Origin: Candidatus Electrothrix yaqonensis
GTDB taxonomy: Bacteria; Desulfobacterota; Desulfobulbia; Desulfobulbales; Desulfobulbaceae
NCBI GenBank assembly: GCA_047651235.1
Contig: CP178758.1
Location: 1,800,001 to 1,832,000 of the forward strand
Direction: 5' to 3'
Length of the DNA stretch: 32,000 nucleotides
Below the pieces are notes generated by a model. That model was not told the origin of the DNA and did no database searches. It was given only the letters and a program-made list of their open reading frames with translations. A program made the translations under genes and the position numbers. Numbering within the stretch: the first letter of the stretch is position 1; every line of letters begins with the position of its first letter. Of this stretch, positions 31,423-32,000 are shown piece by piece.

Positions 31423-31664
31423 AAAGATATTTTTGACACTTTATTTCTCTAATGGGCAACATTTGTAGATTTTTATCCTATATTTTACGTTTTATATTTT
31501 ATATTTTTGGCAAACAATGACATAATATAAAAAAAGTAGCTTAAAAACAATTTTTCTCTTGACACAAGAAGCAATACGATTTACGCTTATCAAGCAATAC
31601 TCGAAAGCAAAAAATAGATATCACGCTTCTTAAGAATATTTTGCTTCGACTGGAGGTTTTGAGA

Positions 31665-32000
31665 ATGGATAGATATTTTACAATAATACTACTGATGTTA
31701 TTTCTTTGTACTGCGTCTGTGGCTATTGGAAAAGAAAATAAACAATTTTCCGGTGCTTTTTTGATTGACCAAACTGTAAAAGCAAACGATTTTACCGGGA
31801 AATCTGTTAGTGATGCCGGTGTTGCCCAAGGCGGAAATGTTGTTACAGGAATGGCGATTGCAGGAGTAGGTCAGAACGCAATTCTTGACGGTGACCTTGA
31901 ATTGAAAATGAAAAAAGGCGAGCGCAACACCCAGGGCCTGAACGTTGTTTCCGGCAAAGTAACGGCGCTTGTCGGTCAGATCGGCGTGGTTGATGAGGAT
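31665..32000 (+). CDS. Secreted Gly/Val/Gln/Asn-rich protein, N-terminal 112 codons (runs off the right edge)
   Basis: Absent from the ORF track because there is no stop in the window. GGAGG (31652-31656) lies 8 nt before ATG 31665. The signal peptide is MDRYFTIILLMLFLCTASVAIG. The frame then stays open to 32000 (...GVAQGGNVVTGMAIAGVGQNAILDGDLELKMKKGERNTQGLNVVSGKVTALVGQIGVVDED). I recognise no family. Confidence 0.6.
   Translation, partial: MDRYFTIILLMLFLCTASVAIGKENKQFSGAFLIDQTVKANDFTGKSVSDAGVAQGGNVVTGMAIAGVGQNAILDGDLELKMKKGERNTQGLNVVSGKVTALVGQIGVVDED

Noticed and set aside
31665-32000. A curlin (CsgA-like) repeat interpretation of the secreted protein (SDAGVAQGGN..., GVGQNA...).
   Set aside because: Only one partial match to the S-x5-Q-x-G-x-G-N-x-A-x3-Q repeat is present, and there is no regular periodicity in the 112 residues available.

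Overview
This is a 32-kb chromosomal window, roughly 50-55% GC by eye. The domain repertoire (DUF4390 with NtrY/NtrX, an XRE/two-CW regulator, a fused AccA-AccD, a PilJ-type periplasmic protein) suggests a Desulfobacterota-like anaerobe, but that is inference only. About 29 kb is tightly packed housekeeping DNA. In order it holds: the secG'-tpiA-pgk-gap string (-); a lower-GC islet with a DUF3800 gene beside tRNA-Lys(CTT); accC plus a fused accA-accD carboxyltransferase (-); corC-lnt (+); a small AP2-domain protein; prfB with its classical +1 programmed frameshift, which the ORF track misses; an Fe-S/CCG protein; a periplasmic double PilJ/NarX-type protein; a double-META lipoprotein; a decayed IS transposase fragment; an aminotransferase; nadD; the XRE-HTH/two-CW regulator; dgkA; a CBM48-like protein; two adjacent U32-family proteins; DUF4390-ntrY-ntrX; and hemB. 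Many long ORFs in the track are antisense shadows of these genes. The unusual part is the last 2.7 kb (29307-32000). It is gene-poor and contains AT-rich promoter-like islands and a frameshifted DUF4351/Rpn-type remnant. It also contains four head-to-tail copies of a 237/240-nt unit, >95% identical and organised as a duplicated dimer. Each unit folds into a closed three-hairpin RNA whose copy-to-copy changes are compensatory, G-U-forming or loop-restricted on the + strand. Each unit also ends in a strong SD + ATG that opens a 44/45-aa Cys-containing sORF; the fourth copy opens a different 75-aa ORF. I could not place this element in any RNA or protein family I know, so it is the best candidate here for something undescribed. 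A partial gene for a secreted Gly/Val/Gln/Asn-rich protein follows at the right edge.
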